64,000 nucleotides of DNA from Raillietiella orientalis (lineage: Eukaryota): positions 1,116,001 to 1,180,000 of the forward strand of contig JAYWIR010000045.1 in NCBI GenBank assembly GCA_036172245.1. Reading direction: 5' to 3'. Below are positions 1 through 13,902 of this stretch, piece after piece. The notes beneath the pieces were generated by a model, which worked only from the letters and a program-made list of their open reading frames with translations, searched no databases and had not been told where the DNA came from. A program made the translations under genes and the position numbers. Position 1 is the first letter of the stretch; each line of letters begins with the position of its first letter.

Positions 1-92
1 TTTTTAAGCTGAAATTTATTCTGAGCACTTTTTATCTTCTGCATACTTTAAAAATAATTTGTGGCAAAACACAGACGAAAATTTATTAACAA

Positions 93-1145
93 TTAATTAC
101 GCCCCACTGTATATTGATCAGGAAATGCAAAAGAATGGAATCCATCTGCAACTACATTAGGAAGATGACCAGCATTAGGAATGACATTCCAAGACAGAAT
201 CAAAGTGACATTTTTGTTGCCTCTATAAAATTCAGAATTATTTTAAAATAATCCAAAGTGAATCAGTCTTTCAGAATAGCATATCAAAACTCTTAATTAA
301 TTATGCTTATGTACTTGCTTTTAACTTAACAAAAGTATTCCAATTATACATGAGAGACCAAACATACCTTAATCCGTTGCCATCATCCCAAAAATAATAT
401 TTGCTCATCAAATTTTTTAAGTTCAACATAGGGTTATCACCACGATGAATGATTTTATCCCAAAGGACAACCTAAAATTGTTTTAGTTGATGCACAAACA
501 TTGAAATAGATACATGAACTGATCTTGAATAAAAAATGATTGTGCAAACAAGCTTTATGATGGAGATGCAGGTATTATACATTATTATACATACATAAAA
601 TAACGATTTACCTGATTTAATTTATTTTCAGAAGTTTCATATTCTGCAGTTAAATAAAGAAAAAGCATTTTTGTATTCCAGTTGAATAAAGGGCTAAGAT
701 GTACAAAGTGTTAAGAAAACATCAAATGCACAAGTAAAAAATAATAGTACAAGATCTGACAAAAAGCACATACACTCTACAACAATCCTAGACTGCATAC
801 AGTAAACATAAAAAACATCAATCAAAGCATAATGATCTGTATCTGTATCTGAACAGGCGATGAACATATAAAAAGGATATCTGTGAATAGATCTACTGAC
901 ACTACTCCTAGATCTTTCTTTTGTTTGGAAACACTATAGTCCGGCAAATGCTTACTGAAATGGTTTTGCTTGAGAATCGATTAAAAAGCCGACTGTACTT
1001 ACACATTGATTTTAACTGGATTCAATGACACACTTGTTTTGTACTCATTGAAAAAAGTCGATAAAAAACACAAAAATATGATAGCGGCTAAAACGCTAAG
1101 ATAAAATGCAATAATTGCATTCGCCCTTGACAGGAATGTGTTCAT
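93..1145 (-). CDS. SPCS3: Signal peptidase complex subunit 3 (SPC22/23); 5 exons, 179 aa
   Basis: Not in the ORF track; assembled by hand. Exons 1145-1003, 954-881, 700-612, 471-368 and 222-93 total 540 nt in frame: [21 protein letters not shown]...[41 protein letters not shown]...[30 protein letters not shown]...[10 protein letters not shown]. These are hallmark SPC22 motifs. AATAAA on the minus strand at 82-87. Confidence 0.95.
701..880 (-). other. U12-type (minor spliceosome) AT-AC intron, SPCS3 intron 2
   Basis: On the minus strand the 5' end is ATATCCTTTT (880-871), a branch-like TTCTTAAC lies at 717-710, and the 3' end is ...TTTGTAC at 701. Splicing here restores the frame ([13 protein letters not shown]). 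Confidence 0.92.
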
Positions 1146-4100
1146 AACTGAATAGTTACAATTTCTTATGAAAGTATGTTTTCCTAATTACAGGTTGTGA
1201 TATATGAAGTCGAAAACATTTTTCAGCACTTCCAGTGAACAAGTTGAAATTCATTAAAGAAAAGACGAAATTCTCAAAAAGCTTTACACTGACACTTCCC
1301 AATGTATACTGCAAAAATGTGATTTTTAAAATGTAAGACGTAAGGCTAAAAGCATGTGAGTCGGTGAATTCAATCTCACACACGTAACCACAACGTTGCT
1401 TTCAATGCAGGCTGAGCAAGTCATCTAGTCAAAAGTCACACTTGCATCTGTGTGAAAAATTGATAATTACTGATTGAACGTGATCTCATTTGGACTTTCA
1501 ACCATTCAAATCGCTGAAATTCGAATATTGCATTTGATGAGTATCTTCTAATGAAAAACGTTAAATGCATTGCAGAAACATATTTATTTGGATGCGTCGT
1601 AGGTGAATTCACGAAAACGGAGTCGTTCATTAAAATTTTTATTTTTTTGAGTCTTCGTTTCACGAAGCAAACAGCAACTAGAGGTAGATAGTACGACCTA
1701 TCTACCTGTAGTATGATCTATGTGAAGAGGTGAAAAACCAAACAATCCAAGGACTCGGCATGAGAATAATACTTTCTTGATATTTAAATTTCTTAAATTT
1801 GCAATCGTATTTTTAGCGAAACTTATCTTTAGCTTTGATTTTTACTCACAAAAGTTTTTTTTCTTTCTTAGGCATTTGACTATCTCATAGCTACTTTTGG
1901 GTTAGTGATGTGCTTGTGAATCAAAGATATCATGCACTGTTAAATGCTATTTTCAGTCAGTTTAAATCCGCATGTGTTTCCAAAATGCTGTTTTTGAGAT
2001 GCTCAGATGCATTCGCGAATAGAAAGAAAAGAAAAAAAATGAAAGCACTGTGCAGTGGCCCTCTTCAAAACTTTACTGTGCACAGTACTATTTGATGGTT
2101 GGCCATTGCTCATTTTAACAAAGCCTTAACATAATCTGCGTTGTAGTTTGGTTTGAAGGCATGCCGTTTGCCAGTCCATATTTAGAGTGCTTTTAAAATA
2201 TTCTGATGTGTTTTTTTTATCAGTAGGTAAAAGTGATTTTTTTAAAGGTCATCTCTTCGCAAATGACTTCAAGAACATTTTCCAAGTCCATTATCTACAG
2301 TTTTTGTATAGTAGTTTCGGGTTCTGCTTTAGTCCGAATAATTGTTAAATACAGTTATAAGGAACTTTATAACCTCCTGCGTCTTTTGGCTTTATCTCAT
2401 AATATGCGATCGTAAGAATTTCAGAATTACAGAATGATTTTCAAAAAACAGCTTCGGAAATGAAATACATAACAGGAACCAATTCAACAATCGCGTTGGT
2501 GAAAATAAAACAGATTCACTAAAAGAAACTGAAGAGAAAATCTACAGTATGACCAGAGAAAATTTATATTTTATAGGGATACAACCTTCAGTTGAGCAAG
2601 TCACTGGACTTTCATGGCTCATGTAATTCCACAGTAACGCATTCAGCAGTTCTGTTTACTTTAAGGCATACAGAAACTGGAAGTGAGAATAACGAAAAAG
2701 AAAAGTGCGTAGGACAAAGTGAAAGCAAAAAAACAAGGCATTTTAAAAAATTATTAAATGCTGTTTACTTCCTTTCTGAAATAAAAGTAGGATTTCTGAG
2801 CTACTTACATGTTGCTGTTTGAAGCAGCATCCAAAATACTGCAAAATACATCCAAAATAGTTAATAGGATTTTTTCCCAAGTAGTCAGCGAGGCCAGTTT
2901 TTCAAAAGGTAACCTTAGCTTCGCAAATATTTGGTGGAAAGAAAAGGTTCTTACAGGATTTTTTTTTTTTTTACATGATAAGGAATAATGGAAATTGCAA
3001 TAAAATGATCTTGACACCACTTCAATGATATCTTTGAGATTTGGAGTGTCAATTTGTTTCGCTCTGATGTATTGAACAGAATTTTTAATTATACATATAA
3101 TTTTTTTTCCTGTGTGACGAACATACATCAGTATTCGATAATTTGTTTTGTGAAACGAAATATCTGAAACGCTTGAAGCAGTTTATTCTCAGAAATGCTT
3201 CTTTGAAGGGATGCATAATGAAGGATCTCACTCATATGCTATTAGAGACACTAAAAGCTCGGACTCAGGGCTGGACTTAGTTATAATACTGTGCAGCATG
3301 TAACTAGAGACTAGTGATTTCCGAGAACAAAATGAACAGAAATTTTGAAGATTAGAACTTTGCATACCTAATCGTTGCTGTGGTGGCTTATGGGTTCACA
3401 CAAATCCAATAGGCATAAAGTAGTCACTCAATCAGATAAGTACACCTTGAAAATAAACTAAACGCCATGAGCTCTTCACCTGGAAAAGCAGTATCAAATT
3501 CCTTCCAATCAATATTTTCAATTATTCAAATAACTGCCTTAGCGAGGAATCCTTTGCAGGACGGAAAGAAGCAGGCAACTATCGGCAATAGAACTAGGAA
3601 ACGAGACTTTCAAATCTGGAAATCACTTCTGTAGAGTAGAAAGAAATGAAATACGCAATGAAAGAAAAAATGTTTCTCCTTTTAATCTCTCAGGCAGGCA
3701 TCTTTCTCTAATTACTGTTCACATGGGCTTTACATCCATATAGCCGGGAACGACTGCTTCAACTTTTTAGGCATGATCTGCTGCTTCCACATACCTCACC
3801 ACTACTGAAACGTGCAGTGGAAACAGCACATCCAAGTGAGTTGATACTCCTGAAAACTTCTCAAATTACATTTGCTTCACATTTACAATCCTCGGTATGT
3901 TTGTTAAGGAACTAATAGATGGAATGGATTAAACAGTAACTAAGAATCAGCAAAGGAAACGAAATATTTTGTTGCTTATGTACGTGAGGAGCTGCCGAAG
4001 TTGAGGAGAGCCAATTATGAGCATTATCGTAAAACTTCCACTGTGGTGCATTGATGCTCAGAACACGTGCATTTTTGCAGATGCTTACCCAAAGACACAT

Positions 4101-5099
4101 ACTGTGCTTGTGTACACATACTGATAACCTTAATTCCATTCCACAGCATCATGCCGTCCGACGTACGTCTGCGCAACGCTCAAACATGAAATATCAACGA
4201 GAAACCATTAGTACAGTCCTCAGAATTCAGGCACTATGGATTCTTTTAGAAAGGCAAATGTCTAAAATTATTTTCTTCTTTATAAGTTGCAGTGAGAGTC
4301 TATGCTCAACAGTGAATTTTCTCCACTAGTATACAGGTGTGTCATAATTCACTGTCACTTTGTGAGAAATCAGAATCCACCCACGCTTCGAAAATCGAAG
4401 TTTTTATTTGACGTGCTTCAGTTTAGCTGCTTTGCATGATTTAGCTCGTGTGATTAAGAACGGTTTCGTATTTATGGACTCAGCCTATCCCATAACTTCT
4501 TTCTCATAAATTCTTTTCTCTGATGCAAGGCAGTGAGAACTGGAAACACTGCATTTCATTTTATCATGATTTTTGCTGTGACGCTCTAGTTGGTAATCTT
4601 GCAATGACATCGTGATTTATTAGAATTTCTTACTTTGCATTCTTTTGCAAAAGTATGCATGTTTTGATGCTTCAGAGATCGTCGCAAAAGAAACAAGAGC
4701 CGACAGGGGCACACTTATCAAGTGTTTAATGTCCTCCTACAAAATATAATTATGGATGTCATTGAAAAATTCTAAATATGAAATAACATCCGTCTCTTGG
4801 CAGTGACCATTTCAGAAAGAAGGTTAAGGAAATAAGTGCAAAACGTTGAACTCGCTCCGTGGTATCAGTTTCAGCTAAAACAGCACGCAGATTCGGCTCT
4901 TAGCACAGTTATCTAAGGACGGTAAGCAGGCGAATCCGTTCATGCAAATAATGTATACATCGCACACATGTCAAATAAATTTTTGAACCTGTCCACTCCT
5001 CGAAATATTTTTTACTTCAACATCTAGAAATCTTTATAAACTAGTTGTATGTTGGAAAACTTGTCTTACGATAAGGCTTTAATTTTCTCCATGAAAAGC

Positions 5100-8000
5100 A
5101 GTATGGAAATGGCTTTTCGACTGCTTAGGTGAATTTTAATCAAAACTGAAACACAGTCATGCAGAATTTATGAAGAATGCTGAATAAGGAAATGGATGTT
5201 CGCTTATGAAGTATCATGGACCTTGTTTTCCAATCAGTTGAAGTTTTCCTTGTGAGTTTTCTGATCTCCTCTTCCTTCGAAATGTCGCCATCCTCGGTTC
5301 GCACTTTTGCATGCTGACCCACTTTAGCAATCACTGTACACGTCAGTCGCGTCGAAAAACGAAATAAGGAATCGACAATACGTTATCATGATGTGAACTT
5401 GTCTGTCCATTCTAACGGTGGGATGAATAAGGTCTAATATTTTTGTTTTCATAACAGTAAAATGGATTTCGGTTCAAATTATTGACAGAGTCCACATTCC
5501 CGGGACCTCCAGACACAATTCTGAACTTCTCTAAAGTCCAGCAATAGTCTCTACTTGTGCAGAACGAATGTCCGTAGATGTCCGTAGACGTGTATGCACG
5601 AAAGTTGTATTTCCTTCTCTGATCAGGAAGTTTGCAAATTATTCGATCATTTGGCGATGTTCAATCGTGTGGAATTTCGAACCGATCACAAACTGAGACG
5701 GGATCCTTGTAATACGTGGGGAATTTTTGTCTGGAGACTCGTCCTTCAATCCACAGCCTTATAGCCCTTTGGCTCGTTTGAATGAATAGCTAAAAACTGG
5801 GACTCCGTGCACAACAGGACCCGCAGTTTGCGACAGGTTTTTCATCTTTTGGTATCGTACTGCAGTATCGGAGGATCCTCGAGAACTGTAATGGAATCCA
5901 AGGAAGTTGACAACAGAATCTGCGATGTCACTATAAACACAGACATGACTTGGTTGCTGAAGAGGAATACGAGGGGCACTCGACATAGAAATGAACATAT
6001 TACGCCATGGAACAGTCACAAAATCTCCAGCAACAAAAGGACAAACAACCATGCGAATTCGAGATCATGTGGTCCAGTTTCTCGGAAACTGTCATCCCTG
6101 GAAACCCTATCTCTCTCTTTTGTTTTGTTTTTTTTCTCATTTCTTTAGTGTTTCTCGTTATGTTCCAATATCAGTACCCCACGACATGTCCTTAACTATC
6201 TGCGCGCACACAACTCAGTCGAATGAGGATTAGGAGTGGAGCGTTTTTGTAAACCTTTGTGAGCATCCTGCTCCCAAAGGTCTCCAAAAAAGTAGGTCTC
6301 AGAAAGTGTTAAGCAAGGAAACGCGACCATCTACGGAAAACTCATGACATCCAATGTATTTCCCCAAGATGTTTTCACCCGACACTCGAAATCCAGCAGC
6401 TCTTGACAACATTTCTTGATGACCAATTCCCACGTAAAATTCGTTGCAAAAGCGAGACTTTTTTCTTCCCTTTTTTGCTTCGAAATCAGTGGACTCTGTT
6501 ATTATTTCGTCGCGATTATTTCTTTGCCTTGGCTGCATCTTTGCCGCTGCAGGTTCTCAGTGGAAGGAAAAACACAATTTAAAAACAATCATCATCGTGT
6601 TTTTCGAGAAAAATATGAATTTCGTGTACTGGGAGTGACAAGAGCACTCCCAGTCTGCAATCTGCAATAGCTCCCTCCGCCTTCTTCTCCTCCATCCCCG
6701 CCCCGAATGTCCAAATGAGGCACTGGAAGGCAAGGGTCTTTTCTTTTTTCTTTTCTTTTTTTTTTACCTTTGTTACATGTGACGAGAGCCAATTCATTCT
6801 TCGATCGCGCTGAACGCTTCACAATGGTACTTTCACTCATCTGCACCCCCAACCAGGCACCGTAACAGCAGATGCATCATGCATTTCGGGCATATGTTCT
6901 GCAACAGTTCTTGTACCAGGGACGGTTCAGCATCCAGAAGGCTTGGCCCTCTTTCTCGAAAGCAGAGCACGAAACCAATGGTTTTTTCCTCTCTGGAAAT
7001 TTCATTCTGGGTGGGGTGAAGCGTGTCGACCATTCCCCTGTCCAGCCTCCTTCATAGTTTCTGGCTACATGTATTATTCCGTGTAACACAGGAGCAACAC
7101 ACTGCGATTTTTTTTGTTACCCATCTGTTTGTCCTCGCAAAGGCAATCGGTAACATTCGTGATCCGCACTTTGGAACTCTTTATCTCTCTCTTAGTCTCT
7201 TTTGGTTTCCGAGGAATGATTCAAGGAGTCCAAGGAGGAACTGGACTGCTTTCGCTCGAGTTCTACTTGCCCAAGAAGCGAGTGGAGCAACTGCACCCAT
7301 CTTGCTATTTTGCCATTTTACGCGGCCGCTTTCCGAGGTTCCACGTATTTACACATACCATTTTTATATGGAAACCCATCTCGGCGCTGTATATGACGCG
7401 TGTTTTCGTGAAGACTGCTTGCTTCAACCTCGAGTGTTCAGACGGATAGTGATGTGTCCCTGATTGTGGGGGTGATTGCGAAAAGGTCTGTATTTTCAGC
7501 CTTTTCCCGACTTTTTTCGGTCCAAATTCATGGGTCTGCATTGGGCGATGGATGGGCTGATTCTCCATTGCTTGGGATGGTGGCTACTCGGAAAACTTCA
7601 GTTTCGGCACGGCATGGAGTACCCGACCTCTCTTTCGCTCTTTGCCGTGCCCTGTCCGAGATGCAACACAAACCTTATAGCATCCCGCTTCGCTCAGCTG
7701 CTCCAGGTCTGTCTTGAACACGCTCTGGAGCTCGACAAAACTCTTCCTAACTTTCAGGGTGACATCTTCGCACGCAGACGCGCGAAGTTTCCCCATGTTC
7801 AAATCCGCCTAGGTGTACTCACACCTGAAAAGTGTTATGAGCACGTAAAACTGTTGTTTCATGTTTAGAATTATTTTCAGTTCAACGTTTCCAAACATAT
7901 TCTGCATCAAATTCAGATGATGCCAAACTGTCCATCACTTTGTCTCGGTTCTCTGCACAAAATTCCTCTGGTGGGAAGACAACCACTGAAAGAAGATGGG

Positions 8001-8150
8001 TACAAGTGATGGGTTGTTATTGTTTTCCAGAACAGCTCTCTGCTTGGCACCCCGAGAAGTGAGAAATAAATCTTGGATGTATGCGCCCAGGCATGTGAGC
8101 ATGTGAACACGAATAACAGCATTTAAATCATTGGTATGTTAGTATCCGCC
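5100..8150 (-). mobile_element. Heavily decayed non-LTR retrotransposon (LINE) relic
   Basis: Minus-strand ORF fragments occur in the expected order: ORF1 zinc-knuckle-like (7913-8122, CSHAWAHTSK...PSSFSGC), AP-endonuclease-like (7584-7802, GCYKV...RGRVL), PWYKNC (6877-7089), AAGF...LLNTF (6299-6538), RT GVP motif (5759-6052, LSQTAGPVVHGVP). Judged by resemblance only; boundaries approximate. Confidence 0.45.
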
Positions 8151-10199
8151 TAGCAACAGAACTTCCGAACTGCCTATGGATACAGTAGCCTACGGTTTCA
8201 CCTTTCCATTCGTTGGATCATGAGCTATCTTTGTTTCTTTGTTTCTTTCTTTCTTTTTTTTAAAAAAAAAAGGGTGTTTCATTCCTTTCTCCACTATTCC
8301 CATTCTATTGTTCCCTTTCCTTTAGATGTGATCGCAGCAGATGCCAGTGCAGCCAGAGAGGCAGAATAATGGGAAGCAGGCTTCAAAACAGATGCAGCGG
8401 TTAACAGAAAAACAGGTTATAAAAGAGGCTTAGCAGTCGGTCGACACGTTGCGTAGACTCTTCAGAGTCCAAACTGAAACGGTAGATAGGAACTTTACGT
8501 ATTCGATCTGTACACGTGCTGACGCAGACATTCAGACAGCGAATGTGCCTTTTTAAAGTGACAGGAAAAGTAATACTGTGGAATGCGATAGGAAACTAAG
8601 ATTTAGTTCGACAAAGGTCAGGAGGAATTGAAACAAAAATCACAATGAAGAGGAAAATGAACTCTTTCGTTGGCTCTGCAAAGAAAAAAGAGCGTGCACA
8701 CACACATGAGCGCAGGATTGCATGAAAATTTGGAAAAGAGTGGAATTGAATAACCAAATCACAGGATAACCGTCACTTCGGTCTGCCTATTGGAAAGAAA
8801 TTTGCACTGCAACGAGTTTTTTCCAAGGAGTAACTTCACAAAATAAATCAAAATAATCAAAATTCTTCCATCCAGCGTTGTGGTGTGCAATAGTTTCGTT
8901 ATCAAGGAAAAACCGACATGAAAGATCCATAGTCCGAGCTTGAGCCCAAAGCAAAGAACAAATGCAAAAAATCCCTCGTGGAGAAAGAGAAAATTTTCTT
9001 GATCACTTCTCTCCAATACAGGGAAACTCTCTGTTTCAGTCTAATAAACACTGGGATGCACTCTCCTCAGAGGAAGTCCACCAGCTGAACTCATACCCAT
9101 ACGAATTTTCGTTCGTACTACAAGGTGGCTCAACTTCAGGAACGGCATCGCACGAACTCGCTATCCGGAAGGCAACTGCCAGCGGATCCGTACTGATGAA
9201 CTGTCCGTTGCTATGTCGTATTCATTGATTTGTCGCATCTCGAAGAGATGCAGATTTTTCCAATGAGGGCACCTGATACTTGCGGTGCCATCAAAGCATT
9301 ATCATTCACGTGATCATCATCGGAATAAGGCTTTGCCGTCCTCTGTTCGAAGAGATTCTGCAGTTCTGTCCGTGTACAAAATTCTTTCTGGGATTCTTTG
9401 CTTTGTGCGCAACCTTTATTGCCATTGCCGTCCAATGCAACATGTATCTTTTTGTGCTAACTCTTCTATTTATCCACTTTTTTTTTTTTTTTTCTGAACC
9501 CTTGAACTCTGTTCACTGTGCATTACTGTCTTCCGATAAACCCTCCGTCCCCACTTTACTATCTGTCATCACATGACGTTTCTATAAGAAAAAATTTGCA
9601 CAAATACACAGGCGCGTGGCGCTTTGTTCATGTATGTATTTTTCCAATGGATGACAAAATCGTGAAAGTGAGCAACGTATTTTTATCTTATCCACTTGTG
9701 TTCAGGTATTTCCTGATTTCCCATTTTCCAAAAAAAATTTCGTTTCCCTTTCTTCGTGGAATTTCACGTGTGCGTGTATCGCTAAAGTTTTCATCCACAT
9801 CCTGCTCTGTGTATCGTTGGTGTAGCTTCCCAGCTTGAGGATTTCTTCACTCCCATTTGCTTTAAAAAATAAGCAATCATTCAGTACACTTCATTTTTCA
9901 GAGACCATTCTTTCACCAATGGGTAACTTCTAAGACTTTCCTCAAATTGGAACGAATGTTGTAAATTTGCATCTTCCGTTTGAGTCAGAATTCTTTCAAA
10001 CACATAAATCCTTAATGCTTTGAATCCATTTGTTCCATCAAGATGGTGTACCCACCTAGATGTAGGCTTTTCTCAGCTCTCTTTCTAGTGGATAAGAATA
10101 CGCAACCAAAGAACCTGAAATATTCATTACCGTAATTCGTTCCTGCAGACGGTAAGAGCAAATTGCTTATAATTTCAGTCGATACCATTTATCGACTGC

Positions 10200-11600
10200 T
10201 TCGCTAATGCACGCAAATAAAGAGAAAGCAGGTAAAGAGAGCAGCAGGAACAAATGATAGAAGAACAAGAGTCGGTATGAAACTTGCGGAGTTTTGGATG
10301 AGAAAACATTTGGAAAACAACCACGTAAAACAAGGTCGTTTTGCCCTTCTATTTACATCGACTGCCTGAAGACCACTGGAGGACATTTCGATCCAAACAA
10401 ACCTCAGAAGTGGTTGCTTTGGTGACAAAGGCATTGGATTTCCCTGAGCGACGAAAATTCAGGCCAATCTTTGGTTGGAGCTGCAATGAAACCGGGGAGG
10501 AGGCACAAGTGGTATGGTAAACAGAAACAAAGTTTCGGAGTTTGAGACGGTGCACGCTTGTCGCATTGCACACAGTGTAAATGGTTCTTCGGACTTCATT
10601 TTCCAATTCTATTTCTGGAGGAAAAAAAGGAAAACTGTCGCCTGAGGAACGCACTGAGAGGAACCGTTTGTTCTGTCCAATAAGATGGAATGTGTGAGAT
10701 GTGTTTCCGTGGACTTCATGTTAACTCGTTACTGGAGTCCTATGGAGTTTGGGAGCAAGCTCAAGAGAAAACGAGTCGTGCATGTACAAACTCCCACGGC
10801 TTCTTTGCAAATGTGGAATAAGTCGAATTTCTTTTCCATTAGAACGTAGGGTTCGAATTTTCCATGATACTATGCCATCGATAAAGGTATTCAGCTGAGA
10901 TCGTCGCTTCGAAGAGAAGCTGATACACTCGATTCCTGCTTGCGCTATAGTAACCCGCTTACATTAGCAGTGTTGTAGAGTTCCTGGGAGAAACTTTTGA
11001 AGGAAGCAGTTCACCCATTGAAACTCAATTCATCAGGGCTTCAGGGGCTTGCTCCATAGAAGCTTCTCAGTGACTCGGAGGGCCATACCTTTTCTTCTCT
11101 GATGAACTGCTAGAGAAAAACATCCTCTCAAATAGCAGATAAAACTTCGTCACATTTGATAACTCGAACAGATAATGCACTGGCCAGTTTCCTCTTAACT
11201 AAAGAAAAACCTCTGCACAAGACAATCAATGTAAGAAGAAAGTAGCAACATTCAATTTCGGCGAAAACGAATTTTCGTTTCCACAAAAAAGCTCGTTCTA
11301 GACAAAGGAGCATCTCCGCGTATACCTGTGTTTTTTGACATTTGAAGGTAGAGAGATAAAACTTTCTGGATCCGGAAGTGCTGGCTTGTTAAAAGGCGAA
11401 CCATTATTAAGCACATGTCACCAGCACTCCAAATCAAATTGACTTGCTGATGTCAGTTGACACTGCTAAAAGGTTCTTCTCAATGTTATGTCCTCGAAGC
11501 TGCAAACGTCCACAAGGTCACAAATCTTCTCTTGATTGAGTATTCATCTTGCATACCGACAGCCACGGAAATACGCGAAGTTCGGGCGAATTCGCTGGAG
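10200..11600 (-). mobile_element. Possible very old LINE fragment
   Basis: EVLSAI followed by a broken K.YGP...FY segment resembles the RT domain-0 motif (EI..AI...KSPGPDG...FY). Weak. Confidence 0.25.
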
Positions 11601-13874
11601 AAACGACGTTTGTATTGCTATACTTACACTATCTTTTTTTTTTCTCATTTATAAGAAACACAATACTTGCAGAAATTCTATGATTACTTGCAGTCTTACA
11701 TGCTTGTCTCATACAGATTTCAGTCTTACAAATACAGATTACTTGCAGTCATGAACACTTGCAGAAATTTGCTTGCTGCTCTCTACATCACTGTTCCCTA
11801 TTAGACGAATTTCTTGTCACGGTCTTTCATTTGCAATGGCTTGCAATCACACATTAACACTGCTCCGATAATGTGTGATGTTTTGGATCTTGAACTTCGA
11901 ATGATTTTGCAAAGCTGAAAATATGCAATTTCATAATTTTCATACTTTTGTTGACAGTAAGAGTTGCCCTGTGGAGAGGCATTTTCTAGGGAGCAGAATT
12001 TTTCTACTCAGCAAAACAAATGACAATTCCTTCGAATTCATGTCCAAATTGTCCACATAATAACAGCAGACTCATCACATAGTGATGATGTGCAGTCAAA
12101 CTGATGTTTATTGATGAAATCAAGAATTTTGGAAGACTTGATTTCGAGGAATTTGTGTTATTTATTTCCATGAGATTGGTACATTATGATTGGCTTGAGA
12201 TTTCTACATTCATCATATCTAAAAGTTCACATTTCACCTCAATAGCTTTCAAAAAGTCATCAAAACTGTTAATAGAAACAATGCTACATAAAATGGTATG
12301 ATTTAGCATGCATGAATATTTCATAGTATTACATCAGCTTGTCAAGTAAGGAAAATGTAGAGTGCTTTGGTTGAGTTTTCTGTGATTTTCCAGAGTGCAG
12401 TATGGTCATGTAACTTTTGTTACCATATGCAAACTATCAAAACACAATGTTATGTTCAAAATTCCTGATTTCACATGAAATTCAGCCTGAATAAATATTC
12501 CGTATCCTATGAGATCAGTCAGCAACTGCTTTTGATTCAGTGCAACATAATTTACCCAGTGCCTAACAAATCTAATGACACACTATTGCTTTCACAGAAA
12601 GGAAATGAATAACTGCGGTACAATTCTTGTGAGCTGATAAAATAGCTGTTTGAAGGATAGATCACTCGCATTGCACTGGATGGTAGAATTCTCATGGTAA
12701 ATAAAAATGCATCCCAGATGCTCAGCAGTAGAAAGAGCAGACTGTTAACTTCCTAACAGTCTCATGATTCTTTTTGATAGTACAATTTATGCAGCCACTA
12801 TGGATTTCGAAAAGCCCATCGTTGTAACAAGACCCTCTGCTGAACGCTTGTGGGTCACCTCTCCCAAAGCAACTTCCACCCATCTCACATGTGTTCTTAG
12901 GAAGCTTTGGGTTGCATTTACTGTACTTGTACATATTCAGCCATGCAAGGTGAAAGCTGGATTATAATCTGTGCTTACTGCTTGTTAACACAGCTAAGAG
13001 CTTTTAGAGACGCCGCAGTTCTTTTCAATCCAGGGCCCATACTGCAAAAAATGTTGTTGCTTTGCCAATCTGAGATTGTAAGCACAAAACTTTTTGCATG
13101 CCATGCAAATAACGGGGTTGTGCAGAGAATATCAGATGTAACTTCGCCACTGCTCTTATCGCTACATTGCCTTGCGATCGGCATCGAATTGAAATTCCTA
13201 AGTGAATTTCGACTTTCTGAGGTTTTCAAACGTTCGCGCCTAAAAGCGCTCAAGTTGCACAGCATGACACGTAATTACAATGCATTAGATTACGCAACGA
13301 AGTTATAAATTCTTACGCGTATCCATCTCCGAGGGAAAAAAGGGGAGAATATTTCAGATCATACCGAAGAATGTCCCATTTCTGGATGTTTTTCACAACA
13401 GCAGAAGTGAGGATGCTTTGATTATTAGTTTTGCAGAGATGCGGAAGTTCATAAATCGGAAGCGCATGCTATTTCCCTAAATACTCGATGATACGCATGT
13501 GAGTACTGTTGTCGTCCTTGTTTGTAATGCAGTGTTTCTGATGCTACCACGTTTTTTTTTTTTTCCTTAAAGAAATCAATGATTGTTTTTTTTTTTTTAA
13601 TAATGTGTTTGAAAGCTGATGTATTCGCTCACTTTTCCGAAAACTTCTGTAATCAATGTATTTGCCCACGCAAAGAAAGTTTACGGAATATTTGAATTTA
13701 TTAAACTAAGCAAATTTCAAACTTCTAGACTCAGCTTTAAGCTGCAAATTGTTTCATGACAAATTGTTAGGTAAAGTCAGTTGGGGATAAAAGCAACGGT
13801 CTTCTCGATTGAAGATTCGAAATCTCGTGGTGATTTTATCAAACGGTAAAACGATTCTCAAAATTTCCGAACGA

Positions 13875-13902
13875 TGACGTCATATAATCATTATGATGGC
13901 GG
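13875..13902 (+). promoter_or_regulatory. Putative OGT core promoter: palindromic CRE plus YY1/Pho-like motif
   Basis: TGACGTCA at 13875-13882 and GATGGCGG at 13895-13902, in a CpG-containing patch about 1.9 kb upstream of the OGT ATG and followed by AT-rich intron-like sequence. The TSS position is inferred. Confidence 0.4.

Noticed and set aside
3720..3840. THAP/P-element transposase relic (ALHPYS...LLPH)
   Set aside because: The resemblance is too short and weak to support without a search.
11665..11770. Repeated ACTTGCAG/CAGTCTTACA units
   Set aside because: An ordinary short local duplication with no further structure.
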